A stretch of DNA of 64,000 bases from an uncultured Verrucomicrobiae bacterium (lineage in GTDB: Bacteria; Chlamydiota; Chlamydiia; Chlamydiales; Rhabdochlamydiaceae), in NCBI GenBank assembly GCA_963806855.1, contig CAWDYW010000001.1, forward strand, positions 992,001 to 1,056,000. Direction: 5' to 3'. The position numbers and the translations under genes were made by a program. This document shows, piece after piece, positions 27,391-38,777 of the stretch. Position 1 is the stretch's first letter; every line of letters begins with the position of its first letter. The notes beneath the pieces are model-generated. The model did no database searches. It was not told the origin of the DNA and worked only from the letters and a program-made list of their open reading frames with translations.

Positions 27391-30300
27391 ATGCGCTTTT
27401 TAATCACTCTGGCTTGCTGTCTTTTAATAACGCCTGTTTTTTCAAATGATGAAGAAGCAAAAGAAGAATTTTTCCTTTCTACTCCTGAGCAAGTTGCAAC
27501 TCTTAGCAGTGAGCCGAGCAACCTCGTGGGTGGCTTGATCAGCCCGTTGAGCGGACAGCTGGCATTAAGACAAACGGACCTGGTTGCTAAAGGAGCGCAA
27601 AATATTGTGCTCAGTCGTGTTTATATCCCTCCTTACATGCCCTGCTCTTTCGCTAAATATAAACAAAGCCAAGAAGAATGGGATAAATACAACCTTTATC
27701 AACATGTGGCCCACAACTATAAAGGGTGGCAATTTTATCCTCATTTGAAACTCCAATTTACTCCTTATTCCGGAGACATTCTCCTCACCGACCCTAATGG
27801 AATGTCGCTTAACTTTCGCTTATCAGGTCCCAAGTATTCTGTTGCAACACTAGCTTCTTCCCCATATGGATTAAGCAATGCAGCCGGGGATACACCAAGC
27901 GGAAAATATGATCCTAGAAATACACGCATCTCCTATGAGGATAATGGCAATAAAATCATCGTGTATGCAACCGATGGAGCGGTTCGATTCTATTATAAAG
28001 AAGTATGGACAACTCAAACGACCCTGCTCTATCTCCTTGAAAAAGAGATCCTTCCTAATGGAAAAGTGATTAAATTTCATTACATAGGGCACCAGCCCAA
28101 TTATGTAGAAAGCTTAGATCCAAAGGAGAGATTTGTTTATGCCTCTATCCGCATCAACGGGTCACCTTGGAAAGGAAATTGCCATTTTACATCTTCTTCC
28201 GGGATAACAGTCGACTATGGTTATCAAAAGAGAACTCTTCACGTCAAAATTAAAGAGAAAGAAAAGCATTGGCATGGTGACAGGAAGCATGAACTGATAG
28301 GTAGCTGTCTTTGTCCTCCTATCCTAACGTCCGTCAGTAGCCCCTTTTATCGGCACGAAACTCTAGATTATTGTGATAAATTTCTCTTATGCGTTTGCTC
28401 TGGGAAAGACGATATTTTCACTATGGTTAACGCTGGTTTTGGAGAAGGGAGCCAGCATTTTAGAGTTCATAAACTTCATTTGCCGGTAGGTCAAAATGAT
28501 AGCCTCCAGCCTGTTTATGAGCTCTCCTATCATCCCCCTATTCCAGGGCGAAGAGAAGGAACAACAACAGTCAAAAACAGTGATGGAACATCCATTGTCT
28601 ATCATTTTTCCAAAAACCTCCTGACAACTTTAATTCAATATTTTGACCAAAATGGGAGCTCTTAAGAAAGAAAAGGTCTTTTCTTGGGATGACAAAAATT
28701 GGCTGAAATTCTTAGAAATACGAGATGCTCAAAAGAATCTCCTCTATCGAAAGTCGTATGAATATGATCATTTTGGCAATCCAATCTTAGAGAGATTCAC
28801 GGGTAATTTAACTGGAGAAGGGGATCAAGAGACTTCTACACATTAAAAGAACTTTCACACTCGATGGCAGAAATCTTCTTTTAAGAGAAGAGAGCGAAGA
28901 TGGAAAAGTCATCTGTTTTTCCTATATTCCCAATACAGATCTTGTCACTTCAAAGCTGACAAAAGATGGTGATAAGATCATCTTGCGTGAATTTTCCATT
29001 TATGACGATTGCCATAATCTCATTCAGACAATTTCTGACGATGGATCAGGTGAGGATAAAGATGACTTATCACAGGTCACTCAAAGACTAATCACAACTT
29101 ATACACTGCGCCAAGCGGCTCCTTTTCTCCATATGCCAGAGTGGATTGAAGAAACTTACCTAGAAGCTGGAATTGAAAAGCTTTTAAAAAAGAGCCATTT
29201 GATTTATGACCAACATGGCAATGTTGCTCAAGAGGAAGTCTATGATGCAAAAGGAAACCACTCCTATACCATCTGCAAAACTTATAACGAGCGCGGAGAT
29301 ATTCTCACTGAAACAAACCGCCTAGGACAACAGGCTGTTTATACCTATGATGCAAGAGGCCGCCCTGAAACAGCCACGAACTTTTCCAATAGAATCCAAA
29401 AAACTTTCCGGCATGATACAAAAGGGCGCCTTCGAGAGATAACAGAAAAGGGAGATGATGAAGTCGTTCATATTGCCTCTTCAGACTATGATTTTCACGA
29501 TCGCATAATTCAAAAAACAGACCCTTTCTCTAATAGCACACACTATACATATGATCTTCTTGTTAGCAAAATTGCCAAGACCGACTTGCCTTCTATTGCT
29601 ATCTGTAGATGGCCGTGCCACTTCTGTTACAACATCTTCAAGTTACGATCCTTTTGGGCGAGAGCTCACTAAAACAGATCCTAATGGGAATGTGACCGCC
29701 TATCGATATAACGCCTATGGATCACCCATTGAAATTCTCTATCCAAATGGAGGAAAAGAGTACTTTAGATATACAAAAGATGGTCAGCTTGCGAGTCATA
29801 CAGATCTGGATGGATTGACAATCCATTATAAAAATGATGTTTTTGGTCAGAGTTCTTTCGAAGACCTATATCTCAGCCGATGGGTCAACTCTAGCAGAAG
29901 AAACCTTCACATATAATGGTTTTAATCTCTCGGACAGAGACTGATAAAGAAGGCAATCTGAAGCAATATTCATACGATGGAGCTGGAAGGAAAATTCGAG
30001 AGGAGTTTTGCGGGCAGCATTACTGAATTTAGTTATGATGCTTTAGGATGGCTTAGCTCGACCTGTCAAGCATAATGGAGACAATACACTTCTTATCCAC
30101 TACGAGAGAGATTTAGAAGGCCGCCTTTTCGAAGAAACTAAAGACCGACACTTCTGGGCATACTCTCTATAAAATCAGATATTCATATGATGAGACGGAA
30201 ACCAAGAGACCATTACTCGATATATCAATGGAAAAGAAGCTGTTGAGAGATTTGCCTATGATTCCTTCTCCAGACCCATCTACTATCAAGATGCTGAAGG

Positions 30301-32504
30301 TTTATTACGACAGACAATTTACAATGAAAATTTTGCAAATCCTCTCGGTCAAAGAGTATTGCAAAAGAGAACCACAGATCCTCGTCAGATTGTCACCATT
30401 GAAACACAAGATGCCTTGACCCGACCAGTTAAGAAAGAAGTGCTAAATTCCCATGGGGCTCGGATTGCTCTCCTATGAGCTGATCCATGATCCTTAAGGC
30501 AATCTTTTTTATCGTAGAGATCATATCTATGAAAATGACCGTTTTCGAAATACCCAAACCGTCAAATATACCTATACATCTGATCATCAAATCGAGAGTG
30601 TAACTAGGGGCGTTTGGGACTAAAGATGCAAGAACAACCGTTTACACCTATCTTCCATCTGGAAAAATGGCAACAAAAACCCTTACCAGATGGCATCACA
30701 TTTAACCTATAGCTACCATCCCTTGGGCTTTTATGAGCCGCATAGACTCTTCCGATGGAGAAATCCATCATGCGTTTGAATACGACCGATTAGGATATCT
30801 CAGATATGCCTTAGATGAGAATCATAACATAGCAATCAAAAGAGAAGTTGACCCATTTGGCAATGTGCTCCAAGAAGTTTTCCCAAACGACTTAGAAGTT
30901 GCAAAAGAATATGACGATTTTAATCGCCCGACTTCTCATCAAGATAGGAATCAAGGAGAAATATCTTACACCTACGATCCCCTATTCTTAAGACAAGTCA
31001 CACGAATCGCTGAGGGAGGAGAAACTCTTTATTCTCATGCCTATGAAGCCTACGATTTGGATGGGAATCTCGCTTCCGAAAGTATCATTGGAGGATTAGG
31101 CTCATATTGCTCATTTAACCGAATCTAGAGGACAAAAAGCGTATATTTCTAGCCCCTATTTTGCCCAAAGCTGCCGATATGATTCAGTTGGCAATCTACT
31201 GACCAATATCGTTGATAAGCAGAGCATCGATATTCTTATGATGGCATTTCTCAACTTTCTTCAGAAAACAGCTCGGGGCAGACTAATATTTATGCTCATG
31301 ATTCTCTCTACAACAGAATTCAAAAAAATGGAGAGTCACTGAAGTTAATGACCTCAATGAGATTGTATCCTTAGATGGATACAAGACTTATATGATTTGA
31401 ATGGGAATCAAATTCTAAGGCAAAATGCAGGAGAAACTGCACGACTAACCTATGATCCTCTGAATCGATTGATTGAAGTTACCTCCGAAAAGAAAAAAAT
31501 CGAATTTATCTATGATCCATTGGGTAGGCGCCTGAGCAAAACAGTCTATACCGCATCTGCTCATGGCTGGGAAGAGACCAGCCAGGAATATTATCTATAT
31601 GACGGCTCCAACGAAATCGGCGCTTTTACTGCAGCTAATCATGCCAAAGAATTTAAGAGTCTTAGGCTTAGCAGCACACAACGGCAATCCGGCAACGATA
31701 GGGGTCGAATTAGAAGGCCAAATTTTTGCCCCTTTACTTGATGTTCAAGGCAATATTCGTCGTTTGATCAATCCCGACACAAGAGCTATTGAAGAGAGGT
31801 ATGACTTTACTGCATTTGGGGAAGAACTGCGGAATAGCTCAAAAAATAATCTATTCAATCCCTGGCGTTTTGCTTCCAAACGATTGGATCCCGAGCTGGG
31901 TCTTATCTACTATGGTAAAAGGTATTACGACCCTCGTTTAGGAAGATGGCTCACGACAGATCCTGCCGGATTTGTTGATGGGACGAATCTCTATCAATAT
32001 CTACTCAATAATCCATATATGTACGTAGATGCTGAAGGAGAATTCGTTATACAACTATTAGCATGGGGCGTAACATTTGTTTTTCCAACATTATCTAGCA
32101 TAGTCGTCCCTGTTGTATATGGAGTCGTTACCGGAGCGGTTGCATATGGAGGGTATAAGCTTATTGAGGGGCTGAATACTTGTCCAAGAACTCCATGGGA
32201 TGCTCCTAGAATTTACGATGACGTGCAACGGATTTATAAATCAGAGACAGACCAAAAAAAGCCGCCGAGAACAGAACCTAAAGATCTAAGCGAACAATTG
32301 GCATTAGAAGAGGCAAAAGCAAAACCACAAAATCCCGATCATGAAATTATGCCTGGCAAGATTAATGATCCCAGATATCCCAAAAAGGAATGGAAAAAAG
32401 CTGAGCATATCCATAAGAATCCAGATGGATCGATAATTGATATTCATTATTGGGAAAATCGGGTTTCTGGAGAAAAACATGGTTTTAAATTTAAAAATGA
32501 TTGA
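27391..32504 (+). CDS. Rhs/YD-repeat polymorphic toxin with Sec-type signal peptide, split by many single-base indels
   Basis: Signal peptide, DUF6531-like ISPLSGQL...DL, YD repeats across successive fragments, Rhs core RYYDPRLGRWLTTDPAG...NPYMYVDAEG, variable tip. Confidence 0.88.
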
Positions 32505-32515
32505 ATTGAGGTTTT

Positions 32516-33100
32516 ATGAGGATTAAGTGTATTTATAATAAATGGATTGATATTCCTAAGGAAATTTATCCTATTAGTACTATTCCGAATAGAGAGTCAG
32601 ATTTTTATATAGATGTGGGTGCTGAATACACTGTTTACGCAATGACAGTAAACAATGGCTATATTTGGTATTATATATCTGATAATATGTTTACATATTT
32701 CCCAAGATGGAAGCCGCCATTTTTTTTTGAAGTAATTGATACGCGACTTTCAAGATATTGGATTTATACTTATAAGAAATTTGAAAATTATACCCAAGCC
32801 CATCCAATATTAGCTTTTCCTGAATGGGCTAATAATCATCCAGATTTCTATGATATGCTCAGCGATAAAAATGAAGAAGAAACGACAATTTTCAAATCTT
32901 ACAAAGAGTTAATGGATCTTGAATTTCCAGATCCGTCCATTTCTAAAATCGCACAAATTGGCAATTCAGAATTACTTATATGCCCTGATTGTATCAATGC
33001 CTGGGAATCATCCGATGAAAAGAATGGTATGGTCAGATGCCCTAAATGCAAAAGGATGATGCATAATCCAAGATATAGAGATCTTTGGCTTCATTTGTAA
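32516..33100 (+). CDS. Putative cognate immunity protein of the Rhs tip, with C-terminal CxxC...CxxC zinc ribbon
   Basis: 11 bp after toxin stop, GAGG SD, AT-rich; CPDC and CPKC motifs; function from position only. Confidence 0.6.
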   Translation: MRIKCIYNKWIDIPKEIYPISTIPNRESDFYIDVGAEYTVYAMTVNNGYIWYYISDNMFTYFPRWKPPFFFEVIDTRLSRYWIYTYKKFENYTQAHPILAFPEWANNHPDFYDMLSDKNEEETTIFKSYKELMDLEFPDPSISKIAQIGNSELLICPDCINAWESSDEKNGMVRCPKCKRMMHNPRYRDLWLHL

Positions 33101-33108
33101 ATAATTAA

Positions 33109-33189
33109 AAAAATGGAAAAGTCCATCCATTTATACAATTTTTATATTGGCTAATGCAAGATGAAAGATTAAAGGCTGTCTATGCATGA
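33109..33189 (+). pseudogene. Possible short orphan toxin-tip remnant
   Basis: 26 open codons (KNGKVHPFIQFLYWLMQDERLKAVYA*) whose stop overlaps the start region of the next gene; no upstream start codon. Confidence 0.3.
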
Positions 33190-33718
33190 CTTAGTTTTAA
33201 TAGAAAAAATTTCTCCATCCGGTGACTGTTGGCCAAATTTAATCAGAGACAAAAAAATATTAGATCTGTCTGTAGAAGAAATAATAAATAAATATCAAGG
33301 TTTTGAAGGAGAGCTGATTTGTATTTTTAAAGTTGAAGAAAATGGGAAAGAACTCGAAAGATTTATAAACCAATCCATGAAGTTAAAAAGTCTGAGTAAC
33401 TGTTTGTTATTACATGTCATTTCTTGTTCGGATGTAATGCCCTCTTCTTTAAGAGCACAGGCAGTTTTTGTTGGCTATGATATTGGAGCCTGTGATGAAG
33501 AAAAAACCATCTATTCTTCTATATTTAATGAGGTGCTATTTGGAGGTTATGATGAACTTGTTGCATATAAAGATTTATTAAATGAAAACCTGCTTTTTCC
33601 AGATAAGGCTACAGCTAAAAGATGTGTTAACTTGCATAATGAAATGTCGGCACAAGGGAAAAATGTCGAAGATTATATGGAAATGATTATTTACGAAATC
33701 TGGAAGCATAAAGGTTAA
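33182..33718 (+). CDS. Putative orphan immunity protein
   Basis: 178-aa acidic ORF in the toxin-downstream array; FVGYDIG...LNENLLF pattern. Confidence 0.55.
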   Translation: MHDLVLIEKISPSGDCWPNLIRDKKILDLSVEEIINKYQGFEGELICIFKVEENGKELERFINQSMKLKSLSNCLLLHVISCSDVMPSSLRAQAVFVGYDIGACDEEKTIYSSIFNEVLFGGYDELVAYKDLLNENLLFPDKATAKRCVNLHNEMSAQGKNVEDYMEMIIYEIWKHKG

Positions 33719-33910
33719 ATTGTTCTAGGAGGTGCTCTAAAGGCTCGAGAATTTGACGAGAATGGAATACCTGTTCATGATATCGATTTCAATGATCAGG
33801 CTATCCAAAAAAACATCCAAATCCTCACCAACATAGACCGAGCCCAAATCCAACAGGGGGGGGCTCCGGAGAGAGGAAAACCTGAACCTGTGCCAGAACG
33901 GAGTTATTGA
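33719..33910 (+). pseudogene. Orphan toxin C-terminal tip remnant
   Basis: With one -1 and one +1 indel corrected reads KAREFDENGIPVHDIDFND[H]GYPKKHPNPHQHRPSPNPTGGAPERGKPEPVPERSY*; stop overlaps next ATG (TGATG). Confidence 0.7.
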
Positions 33911-34365
33911 TGGAAACACGTGGTATTCGAATATCTGATAGTAAAGATAATGTGCTAACTGTAAGACTATCTGACATTTTGGAAGAGGTCTCCGACGGTA
34001 GTAATTTAAGTTGGTGTTGTCTATTTCTGGATGGAACTCCTAATGCCGGAGAAGAAAGTTTTGTTAATTATCATAAGAATAAAATCAACAAGTCTAAAAA
34101 TGGACTAGAACTAAATTGGCCTGAAATTAGTTCAATAGATAGAAGGTTTCATCAAATCTTCGAAATAACTATTTTAGGTTGTAAGACTCATGAATTTCTA
34201 CATCGATATGACAATGATCAAGAAATGTATCAATCGTGTGATATTGTAATCGAATTGATTGATTGCGCATTTTGGCAAATTTTTTCTAGCAACCATGAAC
34301 TAATCGATAAACTCATGGGAAAATTCAAAGAAACCGAATTATTAGATCCAGATTTTGAGAGGTAG
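33910..34365 (+). CDS. Putative immunity protein for the orphan tip
   Basis: Coupled to the remnant; CDIVIELIDCAFWQIFS pattern. Confidence 0.6.
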   Translation: METRGIRISDSKDNVLTVRLSDILEEVSDGSNLSWCCLFLDGTPNAGEESFVNYHKNKINKSKNGLELNWPEISSIDRRFHQIFEITILGCKTHEFLHRYDNDQEMYQSCDIVIELIDCAFWQIFSSNHELIDKLMGKFKETELLDPDFER

Positions 34366-34497
34366 TTGAAATGCTGATGTTTTGTCCAAAATATTTAATT
34401 TACTTAGATAAAAGAGCATTTTCACCCGGCCAAGTATTATGTCTAGGCTCTCAGCTTCAATAGAAAAAAATATAAATTGCGTCTTTGCGTTCTATTT

Positions 34498-34863
34498 TTA
34501 TTCTACCCAAACGGCCACTGCAGCGGCATAATCCTTGCAGTGGCTGATGGTGACTAATATCTGGGGTGCGTTGAATCGTTTGCTCAGCTCTTTGGACAGG
34601 TGGACTACAGGTTTGCCCTTATCGTCGGCAATGATCTCGATATCGTGCCAGCCGGCTTCAGCGCCGAAGCCGCAGCCGAGGGCCTTGACGATCGCTTCCT
34701 TGGCGGCAAAACGGCCGGCATAGCGGGGGAAGGGATCGCTGTGCATTTGGCAATACTGTTGCTCTTTGGCCGTGAAAAGACGGTCTAAGAACGGTTGCCC
34801 ATGCGCATCGAATCCATGCTGGACCCGCTCGATCTCGATTATATCATTGCCTAAGCCTTTCAT
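34498..34863 (-). CDS. acpS: Holo-ACP synthase
   Basis: GLGNDIIEIER, AGRFAAKEAIVKALG, TISH. Confidence 0.95.
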   Translation of the reverse strand: MKGLGNDIIEIERVQHGFDAHGQPFLDRLFTAKEQQYCQMHSDPFPRYAGRFAAKEAIVKALGCGFGAEAGWHDIEIIADDKGKPVVHLSKELSKRFNAPQILVTISHCKDYAAAVAVWVE

Positions 34864-35924
34864 CCTTCGATACGAATTCCTTTCGTGGAGGCAAATTCCT
34901 CCATGGTGTTGCAAAATATCATTCTACCAGATGAGGTGTGTTTTACTGAAAGGACTTGTACGTCGATGCATTCTCCGATGTAATCGCCACCGCCATTCAC
35001 AACGACCATCGTTCCATCTTCAAGATAACCGACCCCTTGATTGGGTTCTTTCCCAAGGCGCTGGATCTTGATTTTCATCGATTCGCCGGCTTGCATTAAC
35101 GGCTTTAGAGCATTGGAGAGAGAATGGAGATTGATGATTTTAATTCCTTCTATCGAAGGAATCTGAGCTTGGGAGATATCGGCAGTGAGAATATTGGCAT
35201 CATTTAATCGAGCTAAGCGGAGCAGAAGGTTAAACGGCTCGCTGATATCGGTGAATTCGGTCTCTTCAAAGCGGAGTCCCAAATGGGGGATGCCTTCGAG
35301 CCGTTTCAGCGTATCGAGGCTGCGCCGCGCTTTCGATTTGTTCACCTCATCGCCCATTTCTGAGGTAGAATAGAGCTCTTTAACAAGGAAGCGGGGCATG
35401 ATGAGGGAGTTGTCAACCAGGCCGGTGGTGCTTAAGTCGAGAATGCGGGCATCGGAGAGGGCAGTAGAGTCGATGATCAGGTCTTTTTTGCGGGTTGGGG
35501 AGGAGGAGATTTTGACGAGCGGAATGCTGATGGGGATTTCATCGGCAAAGTAAACAGTTAAGAGGGTACCGAGGTAGGTGCCAAAAAGGTAGCAGCAAAC
35601 CTTCATTAGACTCAATATTTGCGAGTCCAGATTTGTTTTCATGTGGCTTAAGTCGACAACAGTGTTGAAGATGGCGATGAGGGCTAGGCCTAAAAAACTG
35701 CCTATGCCTAAACCTAAAATAATGGTGTTAAATGCTTTTAAATTGAAACGTCTAAAGACCATTTCAATACCGTAAAGGATCCCGCTGAATGCGAGACCAA
35801 CACTAAGACCAAGGAGTACTTTTTGCCATACAGGCCCAATAGGAAGAGAAACCATAAACGCAGTCATAAAGAATAGGCTTAGGATAACAAAAAATGCTCT
35901 TAAGGATACCAAAGAGATTTTCAT
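34860..35924 (-). CDS. Membrane PIN/TRAM-domain protein (YacL-like)
   Basis: N-terminal TMs, IIDSTALSDARI PIN motif, GKEPNQGVGYLEDGTMVVV TRAM. Confidence 0.9.
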   Translation of the reverse strand: MKISLVSLRAFFVILSLFFMTAFMVSLPIGPVWQKVLLGLSVGLAFSGILYGIEMVFRRFNLKAFNTIILGLGIGSFLGLALIAIFNTVVDLSHMKTNLDSQILSLMKVCCYLFGTYLGTLLTVYFADEIPISIPLVKISSSPTRKKDLIIDSTALSDARILDLSTTGLVDNSLIMPRFLVKELYSTSEMGDEVNKSKARRSLDTLKRLEGIPHLGLRFEETEFTDISEPFNLLLRLARLNDANILTADISQAQIPSIEGIKIINLHSLSNALKPLMQAGESMKIKIQRLGKEPNQGVGYLEDGTMVVVNGGGDYIGECIDVQVLSVKHTSSGRMIFCNTMEEFASTKGIRIEG

Positions 35925-36007
35925 ATATGTCCTCCAAATGAAATGGATATGGGGTTAGAGCATATCTGTTCTAAATGTTTTTTGTCGAAGAAATTTATTG
36001 CTAGGAC

Positions 36008-36433
36008 CTATTTGTGGTAGCCCGTTCCCTTGTAGATCTCGAAGGCGCGGTAAATTTGTTCGATGAGGATCAGTCGAGTCAGTTGATGGGTGAAGGTCAT
36101 TTTGGAGAGGCTGATTTTGGCCAGGGCCCTCTCTGATATTTCAGGGGGAATTCCTTCAGCGCCGCCGATGACAAAATTCAGGCGCGAGCCTTTGGCCTCG
36201 AGGGATTGGATGAGCCAGGTAGAAAAATCTTCACTCGTAAACATTTTGCCGCCTGGTTCTAGAGCGATAAAAGAGTGCTCTTTATGCAAATGGGCCTCTA
36301 GCTGAAGGTCATCTTTAACTAGCATCCATTCAATTGACAGGATTGGACTCAGCCGTCTACTATATTCGTCAAGGGCCTCTTTCAACCAGGCCTCTTTTGT
36401 TTTGCCGATGGAAAAAATTTTAACTTTATACAT
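36008..36433 (-). CDS. rlmH: 23S rRNA m3-pseudouridine1915 methyltransferase
   Basis: FVIGGAEG, SLSKMTFTHQLTRLILIEQIYRA, YHK end. Confidence 0.93.
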   Translation of the reverse strand: MYKVKIFSIGKTKEAWLKEALDEYSRRLSPILSIEWMLVKDDLQLEAHLHKEHSFIALEPGGKMFTSEDFSTWLIQSLEAKGSRLNFVIGGAEGIPPEISERALAKISLSKMTFTHQLTRLILIEQIYRAFEIYKGTGYHK

Positions 36434-37292
36434 TTACTGGAATCCTGCTCGTGAGATTCTTCCTTGGAACATTCCGTTTTTAGATCGCCCTATTCTTTGG
36501 TATGGTTTTTTCTTCGCCTTGGGCTTTTTGCTTAGCTTTCGAGTATTTCAATCGCTTCTCAAAGAATTTTTGCAACCTTATCAGATTTCTCTCAAAGAAA
36601 TTCTAAAAATAGCCGAAAAGGCCAGCTTTTACGTCATCATCGGGACAATCGTCGGCGCACGCCTGGGCGATGTCTTATTTTATCAAAATTTGGGCCAGGT
36701 TGTCCATCATCCTCTTGATATCATCAAATTTTGGGGAGGGGGATTGTCGAGCCACGGGGGGGTGATCGGCATTTTGGTCAGCTTAGCGATTTTTTCCATT
36801 CGACTTAGGAAAAAATATCCTGTTCTAACTTGGATCGCGATGCTCGATCTGCTCAGCATTCCAGCACTCTTGGCCGGTTCGTTTATTCGAGTGGGGAATT
36901 TCTTCAATCAAGAGATCTTAGGTCTGCCCACCACACTTCCCTGGGCGATTGTCTTTGGAAACCCTGTAGATGGGAGTCAGATTGTCCCTCGCCATCCCTC
37001 TCAGCTTTATGAGTCTATTTTCTATTTCGTCTTTTTTATTGTCCTTTGGAAGCTAAGGACAAAAAATCCGAGAGTCTTTCTTTTGGGGAAAACCTCAGGG
37101 CTCTTTTTTATGGGGACCTTTGCCTTTCGGTTTTTGATCGAGTTTGTGAAATCGCCCCAAAGCGCTCTATTGCATCCGGGAGCGGTTCTTGACATGGGAC
37201 AATGGCTGAGTATTCCGATGATCTTAATCGGCGCCGTTCTCTTTTTCCGTGACCAAGATAGTCTGCGTTCTCGCCCGGTTAAAGGGCATTAG
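36408..37292 (+). CDS. lgt: Prolipoprotein diacylglyceryl transferase
   Basis: WYG, GARLG, GLSSHGG, RVGNFFNQE, RHPSQLYE; start uncertain (overlaps rlmH head-to-head). Confidence 0.93.
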   Translation: MEKILTLYIYWNPAREILPWNIPFLDRPILWYGFFFALGFLLSFRVFQSLLKEFLQPYQISLKEILKIAEKASFYVIIGTIVGARLGDVLFYQNLGQVVHHPLDIIKFWGGGLSSHGGVIGILVSLAIFSIRLRKKYPVLTWIAMLDLLSIPALLAGSFIRVGNFFNQEILGLPTTLPWAIVFGNPVDGSQIVPRHPSQLYESIFYFVFFIVLWKLRTKNPRVFLLGKTSGLFFMGTFAFRFLIEFVKSPQSALLHPGAVLDMGQWLSIPMILIGAVLFFRDQDSLRSRPVKGH

Positions 37293-38642
37293 GGGCAACA
37301 TTTTTTTACAAAGGCTTTCGATCTTTTCGATGAGCAGATTTGGCGAAAGATTGAGTGGCTGCAATATCGCCTTATGCCAGCGGATGAACCGATCAAAAGT
37401 TGCTGTCTCTTCTCCAAAACCTTGGGTATACCAGAGATATTTTAGATAGATCCAAGCGCGGGTTTCCACCTCTTTGGCAAAAGCGATCAGATGGGGGTGC
37501 CTTTCGAGAAAGCGCTGGTGCACTTCTGCGCAGATTCCTTGGAGGTTCTTCCCCTTCCAGCTCTTTTCCACTTCTTTGAAGAGAGCAGAATCGTGGTTGA
37601 GGCGTATCCAACGTTGAAGCATATCCCCTTGGATCGTCCAGTTCTGGATTTTTCTTTCGATTTCTTCTTCCTCAATATCTTTTAGAGCGTTTGTTGCCTT
37701 TTGAAAGAATATGAAGACCTCTTCGATCACGGCTTCCGCAGACAGATGCGGTGCGTCGATCAGGGTATGCGCGAGCTCGCTTTTCAGACATTTTGCAGTC
37801 GGATAGGGGATCCTCTCGAGCACTTTTTCCATTCTCTGCGAAGTGGTGTGGCCTTGCTCAGCGATTAACGCAGTTAACATTTTTCGAATTTGTGCAGGGG
37901 AATATGTAAGTGTGATGGACTGGAGTTGGACCAGTCTCTTTTGCACATGAAAGGCAAGTTCCGCTTGAGAGATTTCGGGGTGCTTTGCGGTGATCTCCAA
38001 GACCGACTTCACAATCAGCTTGTCCACTTTTTCATTTTCATCATAGGGGCTTTTTGAATGTTCGGGTGAAAGCTGGGTAAAAAGGTGCCGTTGGAGAGAC
38101 CAAATCGTTCGAGTTAGCTGATCGAGCTTAGGACGAATCCCGTCGACAACAGCGACGCACTCACTCATTTTAATTGCCAATTGATGGGCGTAGTGGCAAG
38201 GGTGCAAATTGCAAGTGTTTTGCAACTTTGGCGTCGTCTTGAGATTTTCCTTGATGAAGAAGGGGATGTTCAGTTTCCCGTCTTGCGTTAAAGCCTCTTT
38301 TTGCCCTTGAATTTGCGTCGAGAAATATTGCACTTTTTCCCAAGTTTTTTTCAGCGCAGTGATTCCCAAACGATAACGGGGAAAGCGTTGTTGAAATTCA
38401 GGGGCAATCTTTTGCAAGAGCTCATCTTGTAGTTGGACAGACCATTTCTTCGAGTTGCTGCAATGGCGCATTTCTCGTTTAATTTTTTGCGACAGAAAAA
38501 TATTCAGTTCAGAATAAGGATCGTGAAATTCGGGACTCTCATCAATTGCATCGAGCAGACCAGGATGATGCAACTCTTTTTTTTGCATCACACGATCTTC
38601 GATCTCATCGTTTAAGAATTTTTTTGAATGTCTTCTGGCCAT
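37224..38642 (-). CDS. Hypothetical protein (472 aa)
   Basis: Long uninterrupted ORF upstream of ssb; no family recognised. Confidence 0.75.
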   Translation of the reverse strand: MARRHSKKFLNDEIEDRVMQKKELHHPGLLDAIDESPEFHDPYSELNIFLSQKIKREMRHCSNSKKWSVQLQDELLQKIAPEFQQRFPRYRLGITALKKTWEKVQYFSTQIQGQKEALTQDGKLNIPFFIKENLKTTPKLQNTCNLHPCHYAHQLAIKMSECVAVVDGIRPKLDQLTRTIWSLQRHLFTQLSPEHSKSPYDENEKVDKLIVKSVLEITAKHPEISQAELAFHVQKRLVQLQSITLTYSPAQIRKMLTALIAEQGHTTSQRMEKVLERIPYPTAKCLKSELAHTLIDAPHLSAEAVIEEVFIFFQKATNALKDIEEEEIERKIQNWTIQGDMLQRWIRLNHDSALFKEVEKSWKGKNLQGICAEVHQRFLERHPHLIAFAKEVETRAWIYLKYLWYTQGFGEETATFDRFIRWHKAILQPLNLSPNLLIEKIESLCKKMLPLMPFNRARTQTILVTEKENGAD

Positions 38643-38777
38643 AGGGTTCTATACGTTTTTTAATATGAAATTCCCGGTGTACATGTTTAAAGAATTTTTT
38701 GTCATCAAAATTTTTTTTATTTGTTGAGATTTATTTTGGTTCCTAAGATACTTTAGGTTGGAACGGAGGGTTTTCCA

